A stretch of 63,319 nucleotides of DNA, filler included, from Octopus bimaculoides (GCF_001194135.2; 8 parts of 7 records of this genome joined end to end with filler, not necessarily neighbours in it); one strand, 5' to 3'; positions 50,941 through 62,128 are shown, counted from the whole stretch's first letter. Notes: generated by a model not told the origin, from the letters alone. Program-made: numbers and translations.

Positions 50941-51595
50941 TTACACAAAAACAAACACACACACGCAGAAGTTTACATGTATATATATANNNNNNNNNNN
51001 NNNNNNNNNNNNNNNNNNNNNNNNNNNNNNNNNNNNNNNNNNNNNNNNNNNNNNNNNNNNNNNNNNNNNNNNNNNNNNNNNNNNNNNNNNNNNNNNNNNN
51101 NNNNNNNNNNNNNNNNNNNNNNNNNNNNNNNNNNNNNNNNNNNNNNNNNNNNNNNNNNNNNNNNNNNNNNNNNNNNNNNNNNNNNNNNNNNNNNNNNNNN
51201 NNNNNNNNNNNNNNNNNNNNNNNNNNNNNNNNNNNNNNNNNNNNNNNNNNNNNNNNNNNNNNNNNNNNNNNNNNNNNNNNNNNNNNNNNNNNNNNNNNNN
51301 NNNNNNNNNNNNNNNNNNNNNNNNNNNNNNNNNNNNNNNNNNNNNNNNNNNNNNNNNNNNNNNNNNNNNNNNNNNNNNNNNNNNNNNNNNNNNNNNNNNN
51401 NNNNNNNNNNNNNNNNNNNNNNNNNNNNNNNNNNNNNNNNNNNNNNNNNNNNNNNNNNNNNNNNNNNNNNNNNNNNNNNNNNNNNNNNNNNNNNNNNNNN
51501 NNNNNNNNNNNNNNNNNNNNNNNNNNNNNNNNNNNNNNNNNNNNNNNNNNNNNNNNNNNNNNNNNNNNNNNNNATATACACATACACATACTGTG

Positions 51596-51690
51596 AAGGC
51601 GCATGGTTTAGTGGTTAGGATGTGCACTCACGTTTGCGAGATCGTGGGTTCGATTCCCAGACCGGACGTTGCGTTGTGTTGTGTATGTTG
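51596..51690 (+). mobile_element. tRNA-like SINE head
   Basis: ggcgcatggtttagtggttagg...gggttcgattcccagaccgg; same family as 21425-21657. Confidence 0.7.
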
Positions 51691-52029
51691 CTGTATTTTG
51701 TGTCAGTCATTTTTGCTAATAAAAAAAAACACACGAACAAAATGGCGAAAGAGTAGATGAAGTTTAAAATGATAAAAGTCAGAAGAAAAACAAGATGTGT
51801 TGCTCCAAATATAATTTGAATAAAGGACATTACTCGAGAGACCAAGGTAGCTAGAAAATATCAAACAAGCACAATTAAGGGGGAAAATCTCCATTCTGAA
51901 GAAGTAATAAAACCATATTGCTAAGAGAAAACAAATATATTGGACGCTTAAATCACAGCTTCGAAAACTGCTGACTCAGAAATATTCTAAGTGATCTGAT
52001 AAATCATGTTCTATCGTTATTGAAATTAT

Positions 52030-52300
52030 TTTTCCCAATTTTTTTTCGCCAAGTACTATGAGTATGTCATTGAGAAAAGAAACGATGTGGGATTTGAACA
52101 ACCAAATAAACAAGAATGACCGGCATTTTGAAGACAAATTAAATGTCTTCTTCGGCCTGCAGATTTTTCTGCTTTGGGCTTAGCTCCACTTTGACGTCAT
52201 CAAGTTGGTGGAATATATCTATAACACTGGATTCTATATTACTCTCAGTACTGATATCATTTTCCGAAGACCATATATTGATGCTCTAAAAATTGCATAA
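52030..52300 (-). mobile_element. Possible decayed Gypsy pol fragment
   Basis: Stop-free 48 aa SINIWSSENDISTESNIESSVIDIFHQLDDVKVELSPKQKNLQAEEDI loosely resembles recalled RNaseH-integrase linker of K02A2.6-like Gypsy proteins; weak. Confidence 0.25.
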
Positions 52301-52699
52301 GATTTGTGGTAATGTTCAACAGACGGAGAGAACTAAATCACTGATATGGATTCTGGACTTAATCGAGTGAATCATATCACACACTGCGATGTGAGAATTA
52401 TCAAAAGGAAAGTGCTTCGTAATGGACAGATTATTTACACATCATCTGTGATCAAGACATTATCTATGAAGAATTTTGAATGACCGATAAGTTGACAGAA
52501 GTTTCGAAGTATGATGAGGTTGATGCAAAAATAATTGCTGTTTCTTATTGTTGTTTCAAAGTTTGATGGCTGCGTCAGAACAAACTTCTATTCAATTATG
52601 TTCGTTCACATAATAAATGACTTTGAAGCGTAGACCTTAGTCGATTTATGCAAATGGTTTTGCTTTCGCTGTTTATTGGTGTTTAGTTTAAGTCGTCAA

Positions 52700-53125
52700 A
52701 TGTTACGAACTCAGATTCGAGCGATTTTATTGTAGGAATTCAAAACGGAATGCAAAGCCATAGGAACTGTTTGCAATTTGAACCAAACATTCGAGCGGAA
52801 GATGGTCAACTAATGTACAGTTCAAGAGTGGTTTTCAAAATTACGCAATGAAGAAACTTGACGATGTGAATGGATATTGATGAATTTCTGAGATTGATAA
52901 CAACCATTTGAAAGCAATTGTTGATGAAGATCCATCAAAAACAAGAGTTGCAGGAGAACTAAATTATGACCATTCTACAATTGTTAGACATTTGTACCTG
53001 ATGGGAAAATTAAAAGAAGGAGTCACCAAATGGGTGTTACTTGAGCGCAACAAAATTACTGAAGTTCTTGATCGTGTTTTGACAGGAGACGAAAACTGGA
53101 TTCTGTCGACAATCAACGGTGTTTG
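52700..53125 (+). mobile_element. Mariner transposase remnant, N-terminal half
   Basis: QIRAILL.EFK, TVQEWFSKLRN, LKAIVDEDPSKTRVAGELNYDHSTIVRHL, KWV, LDRVLTGDENWIL. Confidence 0.85.
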
Positions 53126-53467
53126 GTGTAGTGTGTAAGGATTAGTAGCTTTGTAAGCGTATCAGCTGCACATCTTCAGACATAGACAAGAGCATTGGTC
53201 TCAGACTACTTCACAGCTCTTGTTTATGGGTCCCAGAAGTCTGTGGTGCACACCGACGACTGCAATACGATATCTCAATTTGGCCAGTAAGCAAAACTAT
53301 GTAGAGGGTATCAAAAAACTTGAAAGAATGACTGTACAGGGCAGGTCACCATTGAAGTGCACGAAGACTAAAAAAGAGGCTAAAGAACCTAATTTGGTCA
53401 ATGGCTCGGAAGGTAAGGTAGCAAAATGTATGGTACATCTAGGGCACTCTCGTCACAGAATACATAC

Positions 53468-53520
53468 TTATGTGCAGCTTCCGTAGAAAGAATTGGGATC
53501 CGCTTCGTACATGATAGCAC
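53468..53520 (-). CDS. Candidate exon downstream of the TSP1 exon (phase 1: GAIMYEADPNSFYGSCT*)
   Basis: Acceptor ccttaattttctacag|, donor TAA|gtatgt; lies between two mariner fragments. Confidence 0.2.
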
Positions 53521-53589
53521 CTGTAGAAAATTAAGGATCTGAGACCATCCGAACAGAGATTCTTGATATCCATTCTGCTGAGAGCAGAC

Positions 53590-54110
53590 GACACCTAATT
53601 ACAGAACGACATTCGACAGCGTTCCGCGTAGTGGCGGGGGCAAAATAATTCGCCAAACTAAAAACTGCTTCAAAAAAGACGGTTAGAGTTATTGTTTCGT
53701 GGTCGGTAAGCAAATTTTTCCGCTAATATTTCTTGAATTCCCAGCAAGACAATTACAGAAGAGAAGTATTGCCAGGAACTGTGTAAGTCGCACCAAGAAC
53801 TGCTTTGTAGATTTACGTCCAGTATTGGTCAACCGAAAAGATCAATTATTTTCCATAACAACACCCGATCACATAATTGACAAAAGATTCTCCTTAAACT
53901 GAACTGACCTACAAAACTCTCCCTTAACCAACTTATATCTTTGAACTTACTGCGGCCCGTTTAACCGTTTTTAAAATATCTCAACATCTTGTAAAATGGC
54001 GTCAACGAACAAGCAGCTGCTCAAAATGTTTTTCGAAGAATTCATTAGATCCGAGGCTCTAGAATTCAATACTTACTTCTTTTTGACCAAAGAATCACGT
54101 AAGTTCTAAG
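53590..54110 (+). mobile_element. Mariner transposase remnant, catalytic/C-terminal half
   Basis: DIRQRSA*W, KTITEEKYCQEL, RPVLVNRKDQL, HNNTRSH (cf. HDNARPH), AAQNVFEEFIRS; multiple frameshifts. Confidence 0.8.
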
Positions 54111-54219
54111 GATTATTTCAATTAATAAAATTTATTCTGAGCTGAGACAAGTTGATATGAAAAATTTTCAAAATTTAAAAACAGCAAATATTTTTGCAGA
54201 TAATTTTGTATTCGAAATA

Positions 54220-54573
54220 ACATTCGTAGTAGTAGTTGTTGTTGTAACAGTAATAGCAGAAGTAGTAGTAGTAGTAGTAATAGTAGTAGTAATAATAGTA
54301 GTAGAAGAAGAAACAACAACAAGGCAACAGCAACAATAGTAGTGGCAGCAGCAGCAGCAGTAGAAGCAGAAAGAATAACAGGAAGTGGTTGTAGTAGTAG
54401 TAGTAATAGTAGTGGAAGTAGTAATGGCAGGGTAGTAGTAGTAATACTAGCAACAATCATAATAGTAGTGGTACTAAACAACAACAGCAACGAAAGCAAC
54501 ACCTGTAGCAGCAGCAGTGACTGCGATGGGTTGAGGTGGATAGTAGTAGTAGTAGTAGCAGCAGCAACAACAA

Positions 54574-54642
<69 letters not shown>

Positions 54643-54830
54643 CAGTAGTAGTAGTAGGAATAGGAGGAAGAGGAGAAGGGGGAAAGGAGGACCATGAATA
54701 ACAGTAGAAGTAGTAGCAAAAGTAACGGTCAACAGTAACGGGGTTGTAATAATGCCTGTAGTTGAAGTAGCAGGAGCAGTAGCAGGAGAAGTAGTAGTAG
54801 CAACGATACTAGTAATAGTAAGTAGCATGG
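54220..54830. repeat. Compound (TAG)/(CAG)/(CAA) trinucleotide tract
   Basis: Direct inspection; intronic, next to the TSP1 exon donor. Confidence 0.9.
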
Positions 54831-54966
54831 GGGTGGGGGTGGATAGGTAGAAGTGTAGTAGCTAGTGGCAGGCTAGTGGCGGTGGCGGTGGCAGTGATAA
54901 CTAATGGTGGAAGAAGTAGTGCAGGGAGTAGTAAAGTTATTAAGAGTGAAAAATGACTCTACAAAC

Positions 54967-55120
54967 CTGCTTTAGTAGTACTCATACTACACTCTTGGAT
55001 GTTACAACTTTCTCTTTTATTGGGTTTCTTCTTGACGTCACAGTCAAGACTAGCTTTATTATCTTCGGTTAAGCATTTCACCTCTCTGGTTCGATGTCCT
55101 AAACCACATGTCCTAGAACA
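54967..55120 (-). CDS. THSD4: Internal exon of an ADAMTS-like extracellular matrix protein: one thrombospondin type-1 repeat, THSD4(ADAMTSL6)/ADAMTSL4-like
   Basis: Acceptor aatacag|TGT (phase 0), donor GCAG|gtttgt (phase 1); CSRTCGLGHRTREVKCLTEDNKASLDCDVKKKPNKRESCNIQEC has the TSP1 Cys spacing and matches, from memory, the last TSP1 of THSD4 (CSxxCxxGxRxREVxCLxxD..CD...KP..RESCN.Q.C). TSP1 call is secure; orthology from one exon is not. Confidence 0.88.
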
Positions 55121-55337
55121 CTGTATTAGACAAAGCATCATAATTAGATGATGTATTTCAGTTTAATGACATTGAAAACACTGTAATTATATATATATAT
55201 ATNNNNNNNNNNNNNNNNNNNNNNNNNNNNNNNNNNNNNNNNNNNNNNNNNNNNNNNNNNNNNNNNNNNNNNNNNNNNNNNNNNNNNNNNNNNNNNNNNN
55301 NNNNNNNNNNNNNNNNNNNNNNNNNNNNNNNNNNNNN

Positions 55338-55560
55338 GTGTATGTTTGTGACTGTTTCCCCCACCCCAACATCATTTGACAACCGATGCTGGTGTGTTTA
55401 CGTCACCATAACTTAGCGGTTCAGCAAAAGAGACCGATAGAATAAGTACCAGGCTTACAAAGAATAACTCCTGGGGTCGATTTCCTCGACTAAAGGCGGT
55501 GCTCCAGCAAAGCCGCAGTCAAATGACTGAAACAAGTAAAAGAGTAAAAGAATAAAAGAA
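55338..55560 (+). mobile_element. SINE, left arm of inverted pair
   Basis: gacaaccgatgctggtgtgtttacgtc..cttagcggttcagcaaaagagaccgatagaataagtacc..gactaaaggcggtgctccagc..gccgcagtcaaatgactgaaacaagtaaaag. Confidence 0.85.
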
Positions 55561-55568
55561 TATATATA

Positions 55569-55770
55569 TTCTTTTATTCTTGTATTTGTTTCAGTCATTT
55601 GACTGCGGCCATACTGGAGCACCGCCTTTAGTCGAACAAATCGGCCCCGGGACTTATTCTTTGTAAGCCTTCCATCGGTCCTTTTTGCCGAACTGCTAAT
55701 TTACAGGGACGTAAAAACTGCAGTATCGGTTTTCAAGCGATGGTGGGGGTACAAACAGACACAAAGACAC
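55569..55770 (-). mobile_element. SINE, right arm of inverted pair
   Basis: Reverse complement of the 55338-55560 family: gtttcagtcatttgactgcggcc..ggagcaccgcctttagtcg..tttgccgaactgctaa. Confidence 0.85.
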
Positions 55771-55810
55771 ACTCACATACACACACACATACATATATAC
55801 ATATATACAG

Positions 55811-56160
55811 CGGGCTTCTTTCTGTTTCTGTCTACTATATCCACTCACAAGGTGCCACGCAGGGGATTGAACGCGGAACTATGTGGTTGGTAAGTAAGCT
55901 TCTTATTTCTTTACTGCCCACAAAGGGCTACACACAGAGGGGACAAACAAGGACAGACAAACGGATTAAGTCGATTATATCGACCCCAATGCATAACAGG
56001 TACTTAATTTATCGACCCCGAAAGGATGAAAGGCAAAGTCGACCTCAGCGGAATTTGAACTCAGAACGTATAAAGACAGACAAAATGCTGAAAAGCATTT
56101 CGCCTGATGTGCTAACGTTTCTGCCAGCTCACCGCCTTACCACACAGCCACTCTGCACCT
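55811..56160 (-). mobile_element. Host SINE interrupted by a near-intact Meta-like SINE (55906-56136)
   Basis: Host reads ..gtaagcttctta | ccacacagccac..; the inserted copy matches 23089-23307 including its 3' tail. Confidence 0.8.
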
Positions 56161-56191
56161 GTTTGTATATATGTGTGTGTGTATATATATA

Positions 56192-56291
56192 NNNNNNNNN
56201 NNNNNNNNNNNNNNNNNNNNNNNNNNNNNNNNNNNTTAATTAATTAANNNNNNNNNNNNNNNNNNNNNNNNNNNNNNNNNNNNNNNNNNNN
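56192..56291. other. Artificial scaffold spacer
   Basis: 44N-TTAATTAATTAA-44N. Confidence 0.95.
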
Positions 56292-56440
56292 ATATATATG
56301 TATATATATATATATGTATGTATTTATATACACACATATACATATATATTTATATACACATATATATACATCCATATATATATATATATATATACATCCA
56401 TATATATATATATACTTACATGTGTATACACACATATATA

Positions 56441-56479
<39 letters not shown>

Positions 56480-56519
56480 TAGCAGCAGCAGCAGCAGCAG
56501 ACATTACATGGGGGAAGGA

Positions 56520-57050
56520 GGAACTAAATTTGATGTTGATGAGTTACAATTGAGATTGCAGGACCAACATGAATGAAGTATAGTCTTTACAAATACAGAG
56601 ATAAAATACCTCTGTTCTTAGATGGGGAACAGTTAGGCCAAGGGTGGCATATCCAGGTTGTCAGCTGTCAGAGGTTTGAAGTTCATTAATAGAGTGTATC
56701 TCTGGTGGCAATGCCAAGATAGTTCATTCTTCCTGTTGGTGGATGCTATGGGTTGGCTATTATATGCAGTTCCTTGTAGAGGCAGAGTTGGCAATTGCTA
56801 GCGCCAGGTGAGTAAGGAGGGACCTTGTCAGGAATACTCTATGTTGGTCACAGAGTCTTTGGATGAAGCTGAACAGGAAGGCAACGTTTTCCCTATCTCT
56901 GTACCTGAAGGAGTGTGTATGTTGTGTATACCTTCCCTTAAAGTTATTGGTTGTCACTAATGTGTTCATACTCCACCGAACAATGATTAAGCTACTGACT
57001 CACACAGACATCCCATCCAACCATCTGTGTTACCCAATACAACGAACTGA
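56520..57050 (-). mobile_element. Highly decayed LINE (CR1/L2-like) 3' region
   Basis: GC above flanks; fragmentary resemblance to HLEYxxQLW and GPxxFNxLP motifs; weak. Confidence 0.35.
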
Positions 57051-58929
57051 TGTTCCTTAATATACTATACTGCAGCATGCCATCAAAGTGGTGCCAGCAT
57101 CATCCCAACATCTTGTCCAAACACATGGGCCTAAATTTTTTTTAAATAACTGGTATTGCTTTGATAACAATAATACCCTTTGATTTGAGCAGACCAATAG
57201 GTGCCTAACAGCTAGAAGCCATCTTGAATTTGACTTAGTCTTCCAACCCTGCCACCCTAGCATCTGATGAAAAAGACATGTCCCATGTGCTCCTAAAATA
57301 GTCTTGTAGAGTTGGGTCAAACCATTTAACAATATATAGACATATGTGTGTGTGTGCTTGCATTGTACACACATATATATTAGACAAAAGAGATAACAAA
57401 GCCAAGTGTGTGAGGAGTTTTCAGGGCATTTGTAAGGGAAAAGATATTGATATAGTCTTACAGTTGTTTGTGGGATGTTATGGATATCCCTTCATCAGAG
57501 ACAATGTGAGATACCTTATATATATATATATATNNNNNNNNNNNNNNNNNNNNNNNNNNNNNNNNNNNNNNNNNNNNNNNNNNNNNNNNNNNNNNNNNNN
57601 NNNNNNNNNNNNNNNNNNNNNNNNNNNNNNNNNNNNNNNNNNNNNNNNNNNNNNNNNNNNNNNNNNNNNNNNNNNNNNNNNNNNNNNNNNNATATATATA
57701 TATATATATATATAAGGTATCTTGCATAAGTTTTTAGCAAATATAATTTACTTTACACATGAGTAGCCACAAGCTTTATTGGATTAAAGGTCAGATTTAA
57801 TAATGAAACATTGACTTCTTCACAAGGAAAGTTATGATACTATCAAAATGTGTGAATATTTATGTTTACAATAGGTGAAGAGACACTTAGTGAATGACAA
57901 GTAATGAGAGATTTTTGTGTGCTAGGTTATGGAAATATTAATATATTTCATATACTGTACTTAAACAAATGAAACAACAAATGTTAACAAGCTTCAAACA
58001 TTCCATACACTGTGTCCTGTGTAAACACACAAGTGGTACTGTGAGATTAAAAGCAGATCAACTGAGGTTTGAGTTCATATGTGGCTGATGCAGAAGGAAA
58101 ATAAGCCTAAAGAGCACACAGAAAATAGACTCCCTCAGATAGTCAGGTAGATTTAGTCACCTTGTTGACTTAATTAGTATTTGGAGTAGATTTTCTGAAG
58201 CGAGTATAGGTTGGAAAATGCTCAGAGAGCTATTACCTCTGCCTGCATTAAATCCACTACAAAGTACCACATTCTCACTGGCCCCTAGTCCCTCTCCCTC
58301 GTCACAATTCTTAAGAAAGGATTGCATTAGATGTGTTGGTATCTGATAAACCACAATTTTTGCCATTATTGTCTTCTCCTTCATTCCCATCATCACAATG
58401 TCTCATTAATGCAAGAATGCGTGAGTTCTGATACAGCCCCCTCCTATAATCTTCACTTCCTCTTCCTTAGATATCTGTTACTATCTTGTCATTGCCATCT
58501 CAACTACTAATCACTTGTGATCTCTTATCAGCTAAAAATTACCCTTCTGTATTGCTAGCCTTTGATCCTTCTCCTTCAGGTCACTCATTATTCGCATTCA
58601 TTACGCTTTTAACCACTAACCATTTTATGACCATCCATCACTCACTCTCTCCCATTACTCTCTACCATTAGTATCCCTTTACACCTTGCCATTATTGTCT
58701 TTCCAATATGTCTTACATTGTCTCTACTTTCCTTTCTTCCTTTTCAATACTGTCACTCCTATCACCCGATTTCCTTTCCATAATCTCATTTTCATCTCTC
58801 CCTTTGATTCCAGGTAATTTTCTGCACGTTCAAAGATATTCCCTGTCAATAAATAGTCCCGTAGCACAGCACTTTCAAAAATGAGTGGAATAAAGAATCC
58901 ATTACTTGAAAAAAAGGTAAGGTTTAGTG

Positions 58930-59015
58930 ACTGGAAAGGCATTCTGGTGTAAAAAAAGGTTTTCCATACATAGTTCGCCAACCCATGCAAGCATAGAAAA
59001 ATGAACATAAAATAA
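58930..59015 (+). mobile_element. Retroposon 3' tail (ccaacccatgcaagcatagaaaa)
   Basis: Reverse-complement relative of 60277-60347. Confidence 0.55.
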
Positions 59016-59031
59016 ATATATATGTATGAAG

Positions 59032-59080
<49 letters not shown>

Positions 59081-59454
59081 CAAAGAATTCAAGTTGCAAA
59101 TAAAATAATACTTTGTGGTGGGGATGTATTCTCTTTCAACTATTTCGAACATTTTCTTTGAAAGCTAATCAACCATTATCTTTGAAGACATGGAAGCAAA
59201 AAGAAATTTGGAAACAAGATGGAAATGAAAAGTTAAAAAAAAAAAAAAAAAAAGAACGTAAAGTAAACCTTCTTTCTAGTTTTATTTATCATTCATTTAA
59301 TTTATTTATTCGTTTGTTTCTTCCTCATGACTGGCAGGATTAAAGATTAAACACAATGTTGTGGGTGGTGATGACTTGATTTAGAACCCCTGAACAGAAG
59401 TTTGCAATTATCCATCGGTTTAGTAAACAAAACTATAGAGATTTCTTATTGTAG

Positions 59455-59550
59455 GTGGAAGCTGTTTCAATTCAGCTTAATATTACAATAATAAACCTAC
59501 ACAAGTGCAAATTGTCATGCAGGCAGGAATTTCCTTTGTCTTTCAAGATG
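59455..59550 (+). CDS. Candidate 96-nt phase 0-0 exon (VEAVSIQLNITIINLHKCKLSCRQEFPLSFKM)
   Basis: Acceptor atttcttattgtag|, donor ATG|gtaatt; single open frame; no firm homology. Confidence 0.18.
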
Positions 59551-60109
59551 GTAATTTTTGTCATCACATACAAAACGAAAGTCATTGTCAGCATCACATC
59601 CTACTTCTGCATCATCATCTTCTTCTTCTTCAAATCCAATCATTATTGTTATCATTATTGTTATCATTATTGTTATCATTATCATTATTATTATTTGTTG
59701 CTGTTGTTGGTTTAACAGCAACAATCTTAAAGATTGGTCTTTAGATATTTGCTTCCACATTGAACAACTGCTAATATTGGCTCATTTGTGGCCAGTCACA
59801 GAAAATATAATTAGTTTCGGGTTGTTCCTTACACTGGTAATGTTTATTGCTTTTTCCCCTCGGGTTTACTATGAGAATCATTTGTTTTCTTTCTCTTTCT
59901 TCAATAATCAAAATGGCTTCTCTCTATATTTTATTTTTATTCCAACTTATATTATATTATTTCATTTATTTCATTATTTATTGTACATTCAATATTGATT
60001 TAAAGATGTTGCATAAAAAAAGAAACCTAATTATATCTTTATACCCATGATGTACTTACACAGTGCTTCTGGATATATGTATATGTGTGTGTTTGTGTGT
60101 ATGTATGTA

Positions 60110-60190
<81 letters not shown>

Positions 60191-60276
60191 AATATAAAGA
60201 TAATTTTAAATAACGTACCACTTTTCCTTGAGAATTAATAAAACAAATGAAATATATTGGATTGGACAGATTATAT

Positions 60277-60347
60277 CATCATCATCATCATCATCGTTTA
60301 ACGTCCGCTTTCCATGCTAGCATGGGTTGGACGATTTGACTGAGGAC
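60277..60347 (-). mobile_element. Retroposon 3' tail with (GAT)n end
   Basis: (atc)n-gtttaacgtccgctttccatgctagcatgggttggacg, truncated by the spacer. Confidence 0.7.
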
Positions 60348-60447
60348 NNNNNNNNNNNNNNNNNNNNNNNNNNNNNNNNNNNNNNNNNNNNTTAATTAAT
60401 TAANNNNNNNNNNNNNNNNNNNNNNNNNNNNNNNNNNNNNNNNNNNN
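60348..60447. other. Artificial scaffold spacer
   Basis: 44N-TTAATTAATTAA-44N. Confidence 0.95.
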
Positions 60448-61088
60448 AGAAGAAGAAGAAGAAGAAGAAGAAGAAGAAGAAGAATGAGAAGAAGAAGCGA
60501 AGAAGAAAGAAAAGAAGAAGAAGAAGAAGAAGAAGAAGAATGTGAAGAAGAAGAATAAGAAGAAGAAGAAGAATAAAAAGAAGAAGAAGAAGAAGAAGAA
60601 GAAGAAGAAGAAGAAAGAGAAGTAGAAGAATAATGAGAAAAAGAAGAAGAAAAAGAAGAAGAAGAAGAAGAAAAAGAAGAAGAAGAAGAAGAAGAACGAG
60701 AAGAAGAAGCGAAGAAGAAAGAAAAGAAGAAGAAGAAGAAGAAGGACAAGAAGAAGAAGAAGAAGAAGAAGAAGAAGGTGAAGAAGAAGAAGAATGAGAA
60801 GAAGAAGAAGAATAAAAAGAAGAAGAAGAAGAAGAAGAAGAATAAAAAGAAGAAGAAGAAGAAGAAGAAGAAAAAGAAGAAGAAGAAGAAGAAGAAGAAG
60901 AAGAAGAAGAATGTGAAGAAGAAGAATAAGAAGAAGAAGAAGAATAAAAAGAAGAAGAAGAAGAAGAATGAGAAGAAGAAGCCAAGAAGAAAGAAAAGAA
61001 GAAGAAGAAGAAGAAGAAGAAGAAGAAGACGAAGAAGAAGAAGAAGAAGAAAAAGAAGAAGAAGAAGAAGAAGAAGAAGAAGAAGAAG
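60448..61088. repeat. ~640-bp interrupted (AAG)n polypurine tract
   Basis: Direct inspection. Confidence 0.95.
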
Positions 61089-61349
61089 ACTGTGCAATCG
61101 ATCACTAAAAATTCACTGAAAGAACAAAAGAGAGAGAGAGAGAGAGAAAAAAAGAGAGAAATCGAAAGAGGTTGTGTGATCTTTGGCTTTTTTGAGTGGA
61201 TAAAGATCAATTTTGACAGTTTAACGATAATTTACTGAGGTGTGCAAGCAAACTGCTAAATATAGCAACGAAGTTCCCTCAAAGTAGACTTTAGGATCAT
61301 TTTAAAATGAAGGATATATTGCAAGAATATACCACGTTGATAGGAAAGA

Positions 61350-62128
61350 CTGGATGGCCATAACTGGAACGAATTTCGGATCAGGGCTGACTTAGAATAT
61401 CTAACTAGTATAATTATAACCAGTAATATTAACTACTATACTATACATTGGACAATGTAGTCCTAGATAGACTATGTCTGAATACTAGGTGGGATGGTCA
61501 CAGGTGGAACGTCTCTGATCATAGGTCTGTCTGCATCAGGTCTGACCTTGGGCTAAACAACAACAACTATAGCCACAAGTACTAACTCCTATACTATACA
61601 TTAAATAATGTTGTCCTAGATACACTATGTCTGAATAAAAGATGGGATGGTCACAGGTGGAACGTCATTGATCATAGGCATGTCTGGATCAGGACTGACC
61701 TGGGGTTAAATAGCAACAGCTATAACCACTAATACTAACTCCTATACTATACATTCGATAATGTAGTCCTAGATACACTATGCCTGAATAAAAGATGAGA
61801 TGGTCACAGGTGGAAAATCTCTGATCATAGGTCTCTCTGCATCAGGACTGACCTGGGGTTAAATAACAACTATAGCCACTAATACCAATTCCTATACTAT
61901 ACATTAGATAATGTAGTCCTTGATACACTATGTCCCAATGAAAAATGGGATGGTCACAACTGGAACGGCTTTGATCAAAGGTCTGTCTGGATCAGGACTG
62001 ACCTTGTGTTAAACTGCAACAACTAGAACAATTAGTCCAAGATACACTATGACCGAATAAAAGATGGGACGGATATGGCTAATGGTGTTTGATCATATGC
62101 TTTCCCGATCGGAGCTGACCTTGGGCTA
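61350..62128 (+). repeat. Tandem array of ~153-bp retroposon-tail units (about 5 units plus a partial one)
   Basis: g.gatggtca anchors at 61491, 61644, 61797, 61947 and a deleted variant at 62066 (periods 153, 153, 150, 119). Confidence 0.92.

Noticed and set aside
21600-51690. tRNA-like A/B-box sequences (21600-21657, 34456-34520, 51596-51665)
   Set aside because: They continue directly into SINE bodies and lack a full cloverleaf; SINE heads, not tRNA genes.
56545-56592. PLAC-like [15 protein letters not shown]
   Set aside because: Lacks required cysteines, has a stop, lies upstream of the TSP1 exon and within a decayed LINE tail.
54122-61210. Poly-L/F/K/S/V ORFs (also HT/YI/CV repeat ORFs throughout)
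   Set aside because: Translations of di-, tri- and tetranucleotide microsatellites; no splice or homology support.
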